The notes under the pieces: generated by a model
What the model saw: the letters and a program-made list of their open reading frames with translations, nothing else
Told to the model about the DNA's origin: nothing
The model's database searches: none
Made by a program: the position numbers and the translations under genes
Origin: a bacterium
Lineage (GTDB): Bacteria > UBA8248
Assembly (NCBI GenBank): GCA_965221165.1
Contig: CBDCRP010000003.1
Span: 192,001 to 256,000, forward strand
Direction of reading: 5' to 3'
DNA length: 64,000 nt
In this document: positions 49,863 through 59,480 of the stretch, piece by piece
Layout of the letters: every line of letters begins with the position of its first letter
How positions within the stretch are numbered: position 1 is the first letter of the stretch

Positions 49863-49871
49863 CCGGGCGCC

Positions 49872-51698
49872 CTACCCGAACGACCCGTCGATGCCCAATT
49901 CCCGGAGCTGAATACGCTCGACCGAGGCCGGCGCGCCGGTCATCAGGCAGGTGGCTTTCTGGGTCTTGGGAAACGCAATGACGTCGCGGATGGAGGGAGC
50001 GCTCGTCAAGAGCATCATAATCCGGTCCAGGCCGAACGCGATTCCCCCGTGGGGAGGCGTGCCGAACTCGAGCGCCTCCATGAAGAAGCCGAAGCGCCGC
50101 TGCGCCTCTTTTTCATCCATGTCCAGGGCGGCGAACATTTTTTGCTGCACCTCGCGCTGGTGGATTCGCCGGCTGCCGCCGCCGATTTCATTCCCGTTCA
50201 CCACCATGTCGTAGGCCTGGGAGCGAATGGCGCCGGGGTCGGAATCGAACAGCGCCACGTCCTCGGGCACGGGCGCCGTAAAGGGATGGTGAAGCGCATG
50301 AAATCTCTTCTCCGCCTCGTCGTATTCCAGGAGCGGGAAATCCACGACCCAGCAAAAATCGAATTTCTCATCGTCACGGGAAACGAGGCCCAGGCGCGCG
50401 CCGATCTCATCGCGCAGATGGCCCAGAACCGACGCGCTCACCGCCGGAGCGTCGGCCACCATCATCAACAAGTCACCGACTTCCACTCCCGCTCTCGCGC
50501 CGATCTCCTCCAACTGGCCGTCCAGAAAAAACTTGGTGATGTTCGACTCGTATCCCTTTTCCGTCCGCTTCGCCCAGGCGAGACCGCCCGCGCCCAGCTC
50601 CTGCGCGCGCGCGATGATGTCGTCTATCTCTTTTCTCGAGGCCGACGCCATGCCCGGCCCTGCCATGGCGCGCGCCACGCCTCCTTTTTCCACCGCGCCC
50701 TTGAATACCTTGAACCCGCTCGCCCGCGCCACGTCCGTGAAAGTCGCCAGCTTCATGCCGAAGCGCCTGTCCGGCCTGTCGGTTCCGTACTGCGCGATCG
50801 CCTCGGCGTAGGGAACCCGCTCGAAGGGCGTCTCGATTTCCACGCCGCCCACCTCTTTCCATATCTTCGCCACCAGACCCTCCATGAGGCCGAAAAAAGT
50901 CTCCCTGTTCAGGAAGGAGCATTCGATGTCGATTTGCGTGAACTCCGGCTGCCTGTCGGCGCGCAAGTCCTCGTCCCGGAAGCATTTGACGATCTGGTAG
51001 TAGCGATCGAAGCCCGCGACCATGAGAATCTGCTTGAACATCTGGGGACTCTGGGGGAGAGCGAAGAAATTCCCGCGCGCGAGCCGGCTGGGGACCAGAT
51101 AATCCCTCGCCCCCTCGGGGGTGCTCCTCGTGAGGACCGGGGTTTCGACGTCGACGAATTGATTTTCCGTCAGGAAATTGCGAATCACCTGGGTCGCCTG
51201 ATGACGCCGGATGAAATTCTCCCGCAGGGCCGGTCGTCTCAAGTCGATGTAGCGGTACTGAAGGCGCAGCGCTTCTCCGGCGTCTGATTCATCATCTATT
51301 TCAAAGGGCGGCGTCTTCGCCTCGCTCAGAACTTCCAGCCTCGTCACCCGCACCTCGATTTCGCCGGTGGCGAGATTCGGGTTCGCCATCCCTTCGGGGC
51401 GCGCGATGACCACCCCCTGAACGGCGAGCACCCATTCGCCGCGCACCCGTTCGGCGAGGGCATGGGACGCTTCGTCATACGAGGGGTCGGCCACCACCTG
51501 GGTGACGCCGTAGCGATCGCGCAAGTCGATGAAAATCAACCCGCCGTGGTCGCGGTTCGAGCCCGCCCAGCCCATGAGGACGACTTCGCCGCCTATGTCG
51601 GAGGTGCTAAGCGCTCCGCAATGGTGGGTTCTTCCTTTTTCCAAAAGCCCGCTCAAAGTCTCGTATCCTTCATCTGCGATAGAGTTCAGCAAATCCAC
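49872..51698 (-). CDS. aspS: Aspartate--tRNA ligase (likely non-discriminating Asp/Asn)
   Basis: RTHHCG, RDHGG, TPEGARDYLVP, PQSPQ, FRDEDLRADRQPEFTQ, GAD insert, HHPF, PPHGG.A.GLDR. Confidence 0.97.
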   Translation of the reverse strand: MDLLNSIADEGYETLSGLLEKGRTHHCGALSTSDIGGEVVLMGWAGSNRDHGGLIFIDLRDRYGVTQVVADPSYDEASHALAERVRGEWVLAVQGVVIARPEGMANPNLATGEIEVRVTRLEVLSEAKTPPFEIDDESDAGEALRLQYRYIDLRRPALRENFIRRHQATQVIRNFLTENQFVDVETPVLTRSTPEGARDYLVPSRLARGNFFALPQSPQMFKQILMVAGFDRYYQIVKCFRDEDLRADRQPEFTQIDIECSFLNRETFFGLMEGLVAKIWKEVGGVEIETPFERVPYAEAIAQYGTDRPDRRFGMKLATFTDVARASGFKVFKGAVEKGGVARAMAGPGMASASRKEIDDIIARAQELGAGGLAWAKRTEKGYESNITKFFLDGQLEEIGARAGVEVGDLLMMVADAPAVSASVLGHLRDEIGARLGLVSRDDEKFDFCWVVDFPLLEYDEAEKRFHALHHPFTAPVPEDVALFDSDPGAIRSQAYDMVVNGNEIGGGSRRIHQREVQQKMFAALDMDEKEAQRRFGFFMEALEFGTPPHGGIAFGLDRIMMLLTSAPSIRDVIAFPKTQKATCLMTGAPASVERIQLRELGIDGSFG

Positions 51699-51737
51699 AT
51701 CACTGGCGCGGGAGCGTATCGGCTTCGCACCGGGAAT

Positions 51738-52985
51738 TCAAGCATCCTGCGTCCGCCTCTTCATTATACGGGAAAGCCAGAGGATTCCGCCCAGACCAAT
51801 CCAGACGGACACGCCCACCGAAGCCCAGGCCACCGTCCATTCCCTGGGCAGGACCTCGCCCCGGGAACCCGGGTTCGTGATGTCGAGAATGTAGCCCACT
51901 TCGATGGAAGAGAGTGCGCCGAACAGGAAGCCGAACCCCGCGAGGCAGCCCAGGGCCGTGCCCAGATGGCGCTTGGGCGAGATTTCGCTCATCACGACCA
52001 GGAAAACGGACGCATCGACGGCCATCGTCACCGCCCAGACCAACGCCACGATCAGCAGAACCGGAATCGGCGCGTGAAACAGAAAACCGATGCCGTACGT
52101 CATCGCGCCGCTCAGGAACAAGCTGCCCGCGATGCTCGGGAGGCGCCCGAACCTGTCGGCCGACCACGCGCCGATGAAATTCGAGAACGCGGATATCGCG
52201 ATCATGAACGCCAGGGCCGTCGCGGCGTTATCCACCGCACTTCCCCTCGGCAGGCCGTGCGCCACGAACGCCGAGGCGAGGAAGGTGACGCCCCAGCCCC
52301 TGAAGGCGAACATCTCCCAGCGGTGCATGACGTAGGAGCCGATGAGCACCCAGCATCTGAGCGGCAAGCGGGGAAAGGCGAACTTCTCCCCGCCTCCCGA
52401 TTCCTCCTTTCCGGGGTCGGGCACCCAGATCAACACCATGAGTATGCCCACGACGGGGCCGAGCGAACCCGCGGCGAAGGTGAAGCGCCAGCCGAAATCG
52501 GGGAGCAGATAACCCGTCAGGAACATCGAGACCGATACGCTGAAGGTGAAGAAAAAGGCGTAGCCCGACACCATCTTCGCCCGCATCGCCGGCGAGGAGT
52601 GCTCGGCCACGATGCGCAGGCCCGGCCCGAACACGCCCGCAAGCCCTACTCCGCATGCGCACCTCAGCAGGGCGGCCGTCCACAAACCCTCGGCGAAGAA
52701 GGGGAACATCAGGTTCGTGAGGCCGAGCCAGGCGGCCGAGAAGAGATAAATCGTTCTCGCGCTGAAATAATCCGTCGCCCCGGTGAGGACGGCGGAAGCG
52801 ACGACGTAGCCCATGTAAAACGCAAAATAGATGAAACCGGCATCCGTATTGGTGAGCGACCATTCCGCTTTCAGGATCGGGATGGCGGTCGGGTAGTTGG
52901 CGTAGACCAGCATGATGGGAAGCTGCGAGAAGCCCAGCACCGACAGGGCGGCCTGGCTGATGCGCACTTTTCGGGGAGTGTCCAT
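51738..52985 (-). CDS. MFS transporter
   Basis: ~12 hydrophobic segments; motif-A-like GAWSADRFGR. Confidence 0.85.
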   Translation of the reverse strand: MDTPRKVRISQAALSVLGFSQLPIMLVYANYPTAIPILKAEWSLTNTDAGFIYFAFYMGYVVASAVLTGATDYFSARTIYLFSAAWLGLTNLMFPFFAEGLWTAALLRCACGVGLAGVFGPGLRIVAEHSSPAMRAKMVSGYAFFFTFSVSVSMFLTGYLLPDFGWRFTFAAGSLGPVVGILMVLIWVPDPGKEESGGGEKFAFPRLPLRCWVLIGSYVMHRWEMFAFRGWGVTFLASAFVAHGLPRGSAVDNAATALAFMIAISAFSNFIGAWSADRFGRLPSIAGSLFLSGAMTYGIGFLFHAPIPVLLIVALVWAVTMAVDASVFLVVMSEISPKRHLGTALGCLAGFGFLFGALSSIEVGYILDITNPGSRGEVLPREWTVAWASVGVSVWIGLGGILWLSRIMKRRTQDA

Positions 52986-53012
52986 GGATTCGGCGATCGG
53001 TTTGCTCTCTAC

Positions 53013-54017
53013 TCAGGCGAAATCGTTTGCCCAGATGGTTTTGAGTCTTTGCATGTCAACCAGCGGCAGAGGTGCTGCGCCCGCGCAGGAGAGCGCCTCA
53101 CCCAGTTGGTCCTCGCCCGAGAAACCCACCAGAGCGCAAGAGACTTCATCCCGCATCAAGACGAAGCGAAGCGCCGCCTGCGCCAGGGTGCATCCCTCGC
53201 GAACGAGAAACCGGAGCTTCCCGGCGCGCGCCACGTCCTCCTCGTATTCCGAACCCACAGAGAGAACCGGCGGAATTTCATCCAGAAAACCCAGCAGATT
53301 CGGTTCGGCGCTGAGCGCGCCCAGGGCGAGGGCGCGAATCGCCAGTACCCCCATGCCCTTTTTCGCGGCGCGCTCCATGAGCAAGTCGTAATCCACTGCG
53401 CCGAAACGCTCCGGCGCCGCATACGCCGCGCTCGGGTTGAGCAAGTTGAAATACGCCTGCACCGTGTGGAACTCGCCGCTGTCGACCATCTCGGCCAAAG
53501 AGGCGGGATGCCCGATGCCGGTGAACCCGAAAAAGCGCACGAGGCCTCGATCGCGCAATTCCCTGAAACCATCGAGCACGCCGCCTGTACGAAAAATATC
53601 GGAGGGTTGGAACACCACCTCCCCCACCGGCCAATCCCGCTCGGGGGCCACGTAGTTGTGGATCTGAATCAGGTCGACTTGGGGTCGGCCCAATCGCTCC
53701 AGACTCTTCTCCACCGAGGCGACCACCGCCTCCTTCGGCGCGTCGCGCTCCTCGGCGGTGAGGCGAATCTTCGTCGTGAGGACGACCTTCGCCCCCAGGC
53801 GATTGAGCGCAGCGCCCAGGTTGGCTTCAGACTTCCCGCTTCCGTAGCCCATCGCCGTATCGAAGAAATTCACGCCCCCGTCCAGGGCGCCGCGAACCGC
53901 GCGGAGCTGCGCCTCCTGGTCGTCGACCACCATCAAGCGGCTGATGCCGCCCGTGCCGAAACCTATCTCGGACACCGAGATACCCGTACTCCCGAGGGTG
54001 CGCTCGCGCATCGTCAT
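53013..54017 (-). CDS. Aldo/keto reductase
   Basis: LGSTG..VSEIGFG, FFDTAMGYG.G.SE, TK, SLERL...VDL.QIH. Confidence 0.9.
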   Translation of the reverse strand: MTMRERTLGSTGISVSEIGFGTGGISRLMVVDDQEAQLRAVRGALDGGVNFFDTAMGYGSGKSEANLGAALNRLGAKVVLTTKIRLTAEERDAPKEAVVASVEKSLERLGRPQVDLIQIHNYVAPERDWPVGEVVFQPSDIFRTGGVLDGFRELRDRGLVRFFGFTGIGHPASLAEMVDSGEFHTVQAYFNLLNPSAAYAAPERFGAVDYDLLMERAAKKGMGVLAIRALALGALSAEPNLLGFLDEIPPVLSVGSEYEEDVARAGKLRFLVREGCTLAQAALRFVLMRDEVSCALVGFSGEDQLGEALSCAGAAPLPLVDMQRLKTIWANDFA

Positions 54018-54143
54018 CCTCTCCAGTAAATTTCATCCATCCATCCGGGGCGAAGACTATCACGACCGGGCGTGAAGGCGAAGGAGACTGCGCACCCGGA
54101 GCATTTTGATGTACGATAGGCGCATTCCTTACATGGAGAGAAC

Positions 54144-56669
54144 GTGCACCCCCTGCATTTACTGGCGATCGGCTACATAGCAGGCTTGTTGGCGGGCGGG
54201 ATTTCCCTCGACTTCGAGCGGGGAGACGCGGCATCCACCCTCACAGCCGCGCTCGTGCTTGCCATATCAGTTCTGCTCGCCATAAGCCGCCGCATCCGGG
54301 GAAAAGCGGAAGGCCTCCTCGCGGCGCTTCTCGTGTTCGCGGGACTCATCGTTTCTTTCGCCGTGCCCGCGCTCCATCGCGGCTCGACTCCGGAGCATCA
54401 CCTGCTGCAGGACATTCCCTATGAGCGCATGAACGTCACGGGCCACCTCTCCCGACCCGTGGAGCGAAACGACGGAGCGTCGCCCAGACCGCGCATATAT
54501 CTAGACGTGGAGCGCGCCCTCATCCGCGGCGTCGAGGTTCCCATGACCGGCGTCGTGCGCATCACGCTGGCCTCACGGCTCGAAAAAATCCCCGAGGTGG
54601 GAGACAGGCTCCTCATCCGGCGCGCGCGCCTAAAGCCTCCGGATCGCTTCAAGAACCCCGGCGCGTTCGACTATCGGGAATTCCTGCGCTTAAGAGGCGT
54701 CCACGCCGTCGGCTATAGCGGGGTGCGCAATGTTCACCTCTTAGAAGCAAAGGAAAAATGGGGCTGGCGGCGGGTATTGTTCCGCTTCCGCGAGCAGATG
54801 AGCGCCCATATGCACGCCGTCTACCCCGAGCGCGCCGCCGGCCTGATCGAGGCGATGACCATCGGCCAGCGCGAGGGGATCGACCTTGAACTCAAAGACG
54901 CCTTCAGAAGGTCGGGCGCAGCGCATCTTCTCGCCATCAGCGGCTTGCACGTGGGCTTCATCGCCGCTTTTTTCTTCTTCGCCCTGCAGGGCCTTCTGCG
55001 CAGGCTTCCGCCCCGGGTTTTTCCCCTGCGCCCGTTCGTACTCACGCCCTCGAAACTCGCATCGCTCGGCGTCATCCCCCTCGTGATTCTCTTCGCGCTG
55101 CTGAGCGGTGCCCGAATATCCACCGTGCGCGCCACGATCATGATCGTCACCTATCTCCTCACCCGGCTCCTGGAGCGGCCGGGAACGGCGATTCACTCCG
55201 TCCTGCTCGCCGCCCTGCTCATCCTGCTGGTCAAGCCCGGCTTCATATGGGACGTGGGGTTTCAGCTCTCCTTCGTGGCGGTGAGCGCCATCATCCTGGC
55301 GGCCGACAGGCTCCCGCGACCCGAGGCGCGCCTGAGAATCTGGGAGAAAAAGCGCTGGTTCGCATGGGCGCATCAACTCGCCATCATCCAGTTGGTCGTC
55401 ACCGCGGCGATCACGCCGTTGACGGCGCTTCATTTTCACGAGGCGCACCCCATCGGCCTGATCGTGAATTTTCTCCTCATCCCGGTCGCCTCTTTGCTCG
55501 TGCCCCTCTCTTTCGCCGCGAGCGCCATCGCCGCCGTCATGCCGGCGGCCGGGGCCGCACTCCTCCTCCCCGCCACATGGCTCACCGGCGCTCTCGCGCA
55601 ATTCATGATCCTCGTATCGACATATTCTTCTCAAATACCGTGGGCCTCCTTCGTCGCGCCGAGTCCCCAGGTCTGGCTCATCGCCTCGGTCTACGCCCTC
55701 ATGGCTCTGGCCTTGCGTTCTAGGCGCGCGCGGTGGAGGCGAAGCGCCTGGGCGGGCGTGTGCTGCCTGACTTTATTCCTCCTGCTCCCCAGTGCCACTA
55801 CACAGGCCTCAGGGTCCAAGCGCACGACGCTGCTATTGCCCGACGCCGGGAGCGTGGATGCTTTTTTCCTCCGCCTCCCCGACGGAAAGGGTCTGGTGGT
55901 CGATGGCGCAGGCGGCCGGGCGGGCCGCTTCAACGCCTGGCGAAACGTGCTCGCCCCCTTGATGCGCAGGGAGAAGGAACGCAACTGGCATACGATGCTC
56001 TCCCTGGCCCGATACCCGAAAGACCAACTGGCCGCGAACGGATTCGCCATCGGCATACGAATCGAAAATGCGCATCGCATAAGAGACTTGAGCGCCTCCG
56101 CGCCATATCGTTCCCGTTTCAGGAACCGGCGGAATCCTCCCCGCACCATCTGGCGAATGACCGGAGGCGGGGCGCGGGTAGCCTTGCGTTCATGGAGAAA
56201 AGGCGCGATGGGCTTCGAGGTGAAAAACCGCCGCTCCCGCTGGCTGTTCATGCTGCCTTCTAAACATTCCGCGTTCGAGGCCAAGTGGTTTCGGGGGAAA
56301 AAGTACGACCTCGTGCGCCTGCCCGAAAGCCTGCTCAGGAAACGGGAAGTTCTCGACTGGCTCGAGGCGCGTCCGCCCGGAGTCGTCCTGGCCGCTCCCC
56401 AGAGGGTGAAGTGGCTGCGAGCGGACGTTTGGCGGGAAACGAGAAGACGACAGAGAAAGCTGGGGGTCTATCGTCCCTGGCGCGGCGGGATGCTGCGCGT
56501 CAGGGCGAACACCGAAACGGATAGAGCGCACCTCACCGCCGAACGATTCCGCGCGGCCAAAGCCTGGCCCGGGAGCGGCGCCGGGAAGTGGAGAGCGTTT
56601 CGCAGGAGCCTTGCGCCCGAATTTTCACGCCGTCGCGTAGGGAAAAGAGGCGAAACCTCCTCTCAGTGA
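54144..56669 (+). CDS. comEC: ComEC/Rec2 DNA uptake channel (DUF4131/OB + competence domain + degenerate MBL-like domain)
   Basis: NPGAFDY, FRRSG.AHLLAISGLHVG, RATIM, GFQLSF, N...P; the C-terminal domain lacks HxHxDH. Confidence 0.9.
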   Translation: MHPLHLLAIGYIAGLLAGGISLDFERGDAASTLTAALVLAISVLLAISRRIRGKAEGLLAALLVFAGLIVSFAVPALHRGSTPEHHLLQDIPYERMNVTGHLSRPVERNDGASPRPRIYLDVERALIRGVEVPMTGVVRITLASRLEKIPEVGDRLLIRRARLKPPDRFKNPGAFDYREFLRLRGVHAVGYSGVRNVHLLEAKEKWGWRRVLFRFREQMSAHMHAVYPERAAGLIEAMTIGQREGIDLELKDAFRRSGAAHLLAISGLHVGFIAAFFFFALQGLLRRLPPRVFPLRPFVLTPSKLASLGVIPLVILFALLSGARISTVRATIMIVTYLLTRLLERPGTAIHSVLLAALLILLVKPGFIWDVGFQLSFVAVSAIILAADRLPRPEARLRIWEKKRWFAWAHQLAIIQLVVTAAITPLTALHFHEAHPIGLIVNFLLIPVASLLVPLSFAASAIAAVMPAAGAALLLPATWLTGALAQFMILVSTYSSQIPWASFVAPSPQVWLIASVYALMALALRSRRARWRRSAWAGVCCLTLFLLLPSATTQASGSKRTTLLLPDAGSVDAFFLRLPDGKGLVVDGAGGRAGRFNAWRNVLAPLMRREKERNWHTMLSLARYPKDQLAANGFAIGIRIENAHRIRDLSASAPYRSRFRNRRNPPRTIWRMTGGGARVALRSWRKGAMGFEVKNRRSRWLFMLPSKHSAFEAKWFRGKKYDLVRLPESLLRKREVLDWLEARPPGVVLAAPQRVKWLRADVWRETRRRQRKLGVYRPWRGGMLRVRANTETDRAHLTAERFRAAKAWPGSGAGKWRAFRRSLAPEFSRRRVGKRGETSSQ

Positions 56670-56712
56670 AACTAACCGGCGTGCTGCTTTGCTGCCCGAA
56701 AAACAACTCGAA

Positions 56713-58416
56713 TCAGGAGCCCGCGTCGGGCGGCGGCGCGGTGGCGGCCCCGCCCCGAAAGGATTTCACCGTCCGCGTCCATCTCGACGAGAGCACATCG
56801 CGGTCGATCGGGCAGTCGATGACGTGAACGCCGCCTTGCGCCTGCGAGTCGCGGATAGCCTTCTTCAACTCTTCCGCCGAGGCTACGCGATGGCCATGCG
56901 CGCCGAATGCGCGCGCCAGGGCCGGGAAATCGGGATTGTTGAGCGAAGTGGCGATGTAGCGCTCGCCGAACACGTGTTTCTGGGAATGCCTGAGCGCGTT
57001 GTATTCCCCATCGTTGAAAACGAGGTAGGTGATGGGCAAATCGAGCGACGTCGCCGTGGCCAGCTCGCCGCACGTCATAGTGAAACTGCCGTCGCCCACG
57101 ACCGCGCACACCGCTCTTTCTGGTGCGCCGATCTTCGCCCCGATGGCGGCGCCCAAGGCGTAGCCCATCGACTGGTAGGCTTCCGAGAGCAGGATGCTCC
57201 GGGGCCGGTGAACCACGAACGCCTGCTCCATGAGCCAGCTCTGGGTGGCGGAGGAATCCGAGACGAAAATCGTGTCGGGCGAGGTGTTCTCGCGCAGCGT
57301 CTTCATCACGAAAAGACCGTGGAAGGGAGGCTCGGCCGGTTGCGTCGAAAACGAACGCAGCCTTTCCTCATAGAGTCTTTTCCCCGCGCGCACGCGGACG
57401 TGGCCTTCCGAGAGGGCGGCGTCCTCCGCGTCCGAAATTCTCTTGAGCAGTCCTTCGAGCGCAGGCTTCAAGTCGCTCACCAAACCCCTGGAGGCGGGAT
57501 AATTACGTCCGATGCGCTCGGGGTCGATATCTATCTGCACGAGATTCTTCGGCATCGGCGCCTTAAAATAAAAAGTGGCGAACTGCCCGAAACCCGTACC
57601 CAGAGCCAGACACAAATCCGCCTCTCCGAGCATCTCCTCACAGCCCAGGAAATGAACCAGGCCGAAAGAGAGCGGGTCTGCTTCGGAGAGAATTCCCCTT
57701 CCCTTCACGGAGGTGACGACGGGCGCGCCGAGCCCGGAAGCCAGAAGCTGCACCTCCCTCTCGCAGCGGGCGCTCACTACGCCGTTGCCCGCGTAAATCA
57801 CAGGCCGCTTCGCGGCCAGGAGCAACCCGGCGATTTCATCGAGCGCGCGCTCATCGGTGGGAGGCGGGGGCGGCGGCCCCTCGAACTCGGGTTTTATGAT
57901 TACCCGTTCTTCTTCGGCCTGGAACAGGTTCGCCTTCATCACCACCTGCGTCGGCCCGGGCCTTCCCGCCGCCGCCCAGCGAAACGCGGCTTCCACGGCG
58001 GGCGCGACCCCCGCGACGGAATCGGGCGTGAACGCCTTTTTGACGCAGCCTGCGAGCGCCTTTCCCATATCCACGTCGTGGATGGCGCTTCTGTTCCTCA
58101 TGTCGTCGGCGAGCGTGGCCGTCACCGCGACCATGGGGACAGCATCCTCATACGCTGAGCGAAGCGCGGTGGCGACGTTCGTGCCGCCCGGCCCCGGTAC
58201 GGTGAAAACCACGCCCGTCTTGCCGGAAACCTTGGCGTAGGCATCCGCCGCGAAACCCGCACCCTGCTCGTGGCGCGTGACGATGGGCGTAGCACCCGCG
58301 CCGTCGATCATCCCGTCGTAGACCGGCAGCGTGAGCGTGCCCGGGATGCCGAAAATGTATTCCGCGCCGTTTGCGTGAAGCGCATCCAGCAGGACTTGCG
58401 ATCCGTTTCGCGCCAC
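56713..58416 (-). CDS. Thiamine diphosphate-dependent enzyme (acetolactate synthase-like superfamily; substrate unknown)
   Basis: FGIPG, RHEQGAGFAADAYA, GPGGTN, MGYALGAAIG, GDG...ND ThDP motif, PDF..LA.AFG. Start GTG 58416 with GGAG RBS. Confidence 0.88.
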   Translation of the reverse strand: MARNGSQVLLDALHANGAEYIFGIPGTLTLPVYDGMIDGAGATPIVTRHEQGAGFAADAYAKVSGKTGVVFTVPGPGGTNVATALRSAYEDAVPMVAVTATLADDMRNRSAIHDVDMGKALAGCVKKAFTPDSVAGVAPAVEAAFRWAAAGRPGPTQVVMKANLFQAEEERVIIKPEFEGPPPPPPTDERALDEIAGLLLAAKRPVIYAGNGVVSARCEREVQLLASGLGAPVVTSVKGRGILSEADPLSFGLVHFLGCEEMLGEADLCLALGTGFGQFATFYFKAPMPKNLVQIDIDPERIGRNYPASRGLVSDLKPALEGLLKRISDAEDAALSEGHVRVRAGKRLYEERLRSFSTQPAEPPFHGLFVMKTLRENTSPDTIFVSDSSATQSWLMEQAFVVHRPRSILLSEAYQSMGYALGAAIGAKIGAPERAVCAVVGDGSFTMTCGELATATSLDLPITYLVFNDGEYNALRHSQKHVFGERYIATSLNNPDFPALARAFGAHGHRVASAEELKKAIRDSQAQGGVHVIDCPIDRDVLSSRWTRTVKSFRGGAATAPPPDAGS

Positions 58417-58457
58417 CTGTAACTCCTCCGGTTTCCTCAAAAATATAAAACTCGCCA

Positions 58458-58486
58458 AAGCTAGGCGGCATCCGCGCGCGTGTCAA
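58458..58486 (-). promoter_or_regulatory. sigma70 promoter of the ThDP enzyme gene
   Basis: TTGACA-N17-TAGCTT. Confidence 0.55.
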
Positions 58487-58713
58487 CTTCCATCCCCGTT
58501 TGCGCACGAGGGGGGTATGCACTACCTTCTCGACTGTTTCATACCGGCGCGCATCATGAGCCACAACAGTATGCGCAGCCGATAAACGCATCCCCGCCCG
58601 CATTGCGGGGAGCGGTACGCATCTGCAGCCGGGGGAGTTCATAACAGGCGGCAAACACTGCGCGTGCATTTTCTCGCGCATCGCATACTTGTCCGCGAGA
58701 GGGGCGCGAACGC

Positions 58714-59478
58714 ATGATGGAAAAGCCGATGTTCAGCCAAGAGGCGATAGACGCTCTCAAGGAGGCGCAATCCGTGGCCGTCCTGACCGGAGCGGGCGTG
58801 AGCGCTGAGAGCGGCGTGCCCACCTTCCGGGGAGCGGGCGGCCTCTGGCGCGAGTACAGCGCCACCTCGCTGGCCACGCCCGAGGCTTTTCGCGCCGACC
58901 CCAGGCTCGTCTGGGAGTTTTACAACTATCGCCGCGAGGTGCTCACGCCCCTGACGCCCAACCCGGGCCACTACGCCATCGCCTCGATGGAGGAGCGTTT
59001 CGCGCGCTTCACCCTCATTACGCAAAACATCGACAACCTCCACCGCGTCGCCGGGACGAGGGAAATCGTGGAGTTGCACGGCAACATCTGGCGCGTTCGC
59101 TGCACGAACTTAGGCTGTGAGCGCTACACTCTCGCATGGGAGAACCGCGAGGTTCCACTCGACCCCCTGCCCCCAAAGTGTGAGGCGTGCGAGAACCTCC
59201 TGCGTCCCCACGTGGTGTGGTTCGGCGAGATGCTCGACTCCGAGCAGTTGCGCCGGGCGTTGATTGCGGTGGATGATTGCGATTACCTGATCGTGGCGGG
59301 CACGTCCGCCGTGGTGCAGCCGGCCGCCTCCATGCCCATGACGGCCTCTCGAGGCGGCGCGTTCGTGCTCGAGGTGAACCTCGAGCCGACGGACATCAGC
59401 CCATACATGAGCGAGGCGGTGCAAGAGCCCTCGGGCGTCGCCCTTCCCCGCCTGCTCGAAGCGGCTTTTGGAGGATAG
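58714..59478 (+). CDS. cobB: NAD-dependent protein deacylase (sirtuin, class III)
   Basis: TGAGVSAESGVPTFRG, FY..RR, TQNID.LH..AG, HG, C..C/C..C Zn site, RPHVVWFGE, GTS.VV.PAA. Confidence 0.93.
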   Translation: MMEKPMFSQEAIDALKEAQSVAVLTGAGVSAESGVPTFRGAGGLWREYSATSLATPEAFRADPRLVWEFYNYRREVLTPLTPNPGHYAIASMEERFARFTLITQNIDNLHRVAGTREIVELHGNIWRVRCTNLGCERYTLAWENREVPLDPLPPKCEACENLLRPHVVWFGEMLDSEQLRRALIAVDDCDYLIVAGTSAVVQPAASMPMTASRGGAFVLEVNLEPTDISPYMSEAVQEPSGVALPRLLEAAFGG

Positions 59479-59480
59479 CG

